A stretch of DNA of 47,270 nt from an uncultured Chromatiaceae bacterium. Its GTDB lineage: Bacteria > Pseudomonadota > Gammaproteobacteria > Steroidobacterales > GCA-2729495. The DNA is taken from assembly GCA_964391025.1 (NCBI GenBank), contig CAYMKJ010000226.1, positions 1 to 47,270 of the forward strand, in the 5' to 3' direction. Every line of letters starts with the position of its first letter. The stretch's first letter is position 1. The position numbers and the translations under genes are program-made. The notes below the pieces were generated by a model. The model had not been told where the DNA came from and searched no databases. It was given only the letters and a program-made list of their open reading frames with translations. Positions 46,251-47,270 of this stretch are shown one piece after another.

Positions 46251-46288
46251 GGCTCAAAGCCCCCGCCACAGGGCGGGGGCTTTGAGCC
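46251..46288 (-). terminator. 17-bp perfect GC-rich hairpin downstream of the outer-membrane protein gene
   Basis: GGCTCAAAGCCCCCGCC / ACAG / GGCGGGGGCTTTGAGCC. No clear U-tract follows. Confidence 0.45.
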
Positions 46289-46339
46289 CGATGTCTCGGC
46301 CGACTCCGTCCTGGGACTGAAGCGGCTATCCGGTGACGG

Positions 46340-46924
46340 TCAGCCGCCGAACTTATAGAGGCCGGACACGCCATACATCATGGCAGTGTCGGCGTCTTCG
46401 GCGTCAACCCACAGGACTTCGCCCCGGATGCCGAAATGGCCGAGGTTCCACTGGACGCCGCCGCCCAGAGCCAGATCCTGAGAATTGGAACTGCCACTGC
46501 TTTCAGCGTTGAACCCTCCGCCGTCGGTGTGGGTGTCGATGTTCAGGAAGGCAATGCCCACCTTGCCGAACGCGGCGAAATCCCCGCCGATGGGCGCCGT
46601 GCCCACGGCCATGACCGTAACCATCGAAGGCTCGGCGGACACTGACTCGCCAAAAAAGTCGTCATCCTCAGCCTTGCCCCAGTCCTGGTACCCGATCTCG
46701 ACGGCAACGGCGTCTGTCAGGGAATAACCGGCAAAGACGTTCCAGGCGACGTCGTTGTCATTGAAGGTATCGCAGTCATCGGAACCGAAGCAGTCAACAA
46801 AATCAGAACTTTCGTAGGACGATCCCCCGACTCCAAGGCCCAGATAAAAGTCTCCGGCGTTCGCGGCGAGCGACATCCCGCTCGCCACTAGGGCCGCCAA
46901 AACCAAACGCATCTTACTGTTCAT
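46340..46924 (-). CDS. outer-membrane beta-barrel protein (OmpA-N/OmpW-like small porin)
   Basis: Signal peptide MNSKMRLVLAALVASGMSLAANA, alternating aromatic/Gly strands, terminal YKFGG, and a GGGAGG Shine-Dalgarno sequence upstream. Confidence 0.8.
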   Translation of the reverse strand: MNSKMRLVLAALVASGMSLAANAGDFYLGLGVGGSSYESSDFVDCFGSDDCDTFNDNDVAWNVFAGYSLTDAVAVEIGYQDWGKAEDDDFFGESVSAEPSMVTVMAVGTAPIGGDFAAFGKVGIAFLNIDTHTDGGGFNAESSGSSNSQDLALGGGVQWNLGHFGIRGEVLWVDAEDADTAMMYGVSGLYKFGG

Positions 46925-47086
46925 AGATCCTCCCTAAGGACTTTACAGACTGCCAACAACAATTTTGGCCCGGTATTTTACGACACAATCGCGACTCTGA
47001 TGTTTTTGTCCAACACCCACTGTCAGCATAGTCTCGAAGGCGCCGTAGGGCAATCGGGCGCCCGCGCCACCGACATCAACCCCTGC

Positions 47087-47270
47087 TCACAACCTCAGTG
47101 GTGCCACATACCCCGTCATCTCCAGATAACCGCGGCCCACGGGCCGGCCGCCTTCGAGCAGCGTGCTCGCGCCTTCCCAGTAGACCGCGCCGGTGGTCAG
47201 GCGGGAATCCAGCTCCTGGTCCGGCATCAGCGGTACGGTCTCGAAGGTGCGGTCGCCCACCTGAATGCGC
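47087..47270 (-). CDS. C-terminal end of a lipocalin-like AttH/CrtC-hydratase family protein (partial; the gene starts beyond the right edge)
   Basis: Absent from the track. Reverse translation reads RIQVGDRTFETVPLMPDQELDSRLTTGAVYWEGASTLLEGGRPVGRGYLEMTGYVAPLRL*. The YWEG...GRGYLEMTGY ending resembles that family. Confidence 0.5.
   Translation of the reverse strand, partial: RIQVGDRTFETVPLMPDQELDSRLTTGAVYWEGASTLLEGGRPVGRGYLEMTGYVAPLRL

Noticed and set aside
1-47270. CRISPR arrays, rRNA/tRNA genes, integrases or prophage modules.
   Set aside because: Reading both strands revealed no regularly spaced direct repeats, no rRNA-like conserved stretches, no canonical tRNA cloverleaf, and no integrase, terminase or capsid-like ORFs.

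Overview
This is a high-GC (by eye about two-thirds G+C) gammaproteobacterial chromosome segment, dominated by housekeeping genes in recognisable conserved synteny. All calls come from reading the six-frame translations and the DNA by eye; no database search was possible.

Gene content, left to right:
- prlC (partial) diverges from gor.
- A RayT/IS200-like Y1 transposase cassette sits between the gor and aroE stop codons.
- aroE is followed by a tag / MFS transporter / 1092-aa secreted S8 subtilase block.
- The tsaC-topA-smg-dprA-tsaP block diverges from def-fmt-rsmB-DUF4390-ntrY-ntrX.
- Then come a PLP enzyme of the ACC-deaminase/D-cysteine desulfhydrase family, a SPOR protein, argS and priA.
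- The pntAA-pntAB-pntB transhydrogenase operon follows.
- Next are an HNH endonuclease, a vWA lipoprotein, an ECF sigma factor with a putative anti-sigma, and acs.
- RDD, GST, PNPOx-like and DUF1232 genes follow.
- A small accessory islet holds a truncated secreted RNase with barstar, a GFA-like Zn protein, an unclassified PD-(D/E)xK-like protein, vapBC and an orphan 115-aa ORF.
- The window ends with gcdH, a beta-propeller-like protein, a VOC protein, an outer-membrane beta-barrel protein and a partial AttH/CrtC-like gene.

Most noteworthy non-routine observations:
1. The Y1 transposase cassette is bounded by perfect 18-bp inverted repeats and has visibly A/T-richer codons than its neighbours.
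2. A GTAGGAGCGCC...-type REP hairpin family occurs three times. Each copy lies between convergent genes and donates stop codons; one copy also donates 13 C-terminal codons.
3. A DARS-like trio of DnaA boxes lies 5 nt upstream of the priA start codon, next to an anomalous AT-rich spacer that contains a 75-nt hairpin.
4. The 39.9-43.3 kb islet of toxin/nuclease-type modules is the best candidate here for an undescribed function, particularly the PD-(D/E)xK-like protein and its neighbours.
5. The NtrX-like regulator has a degenerate AAA+ core.
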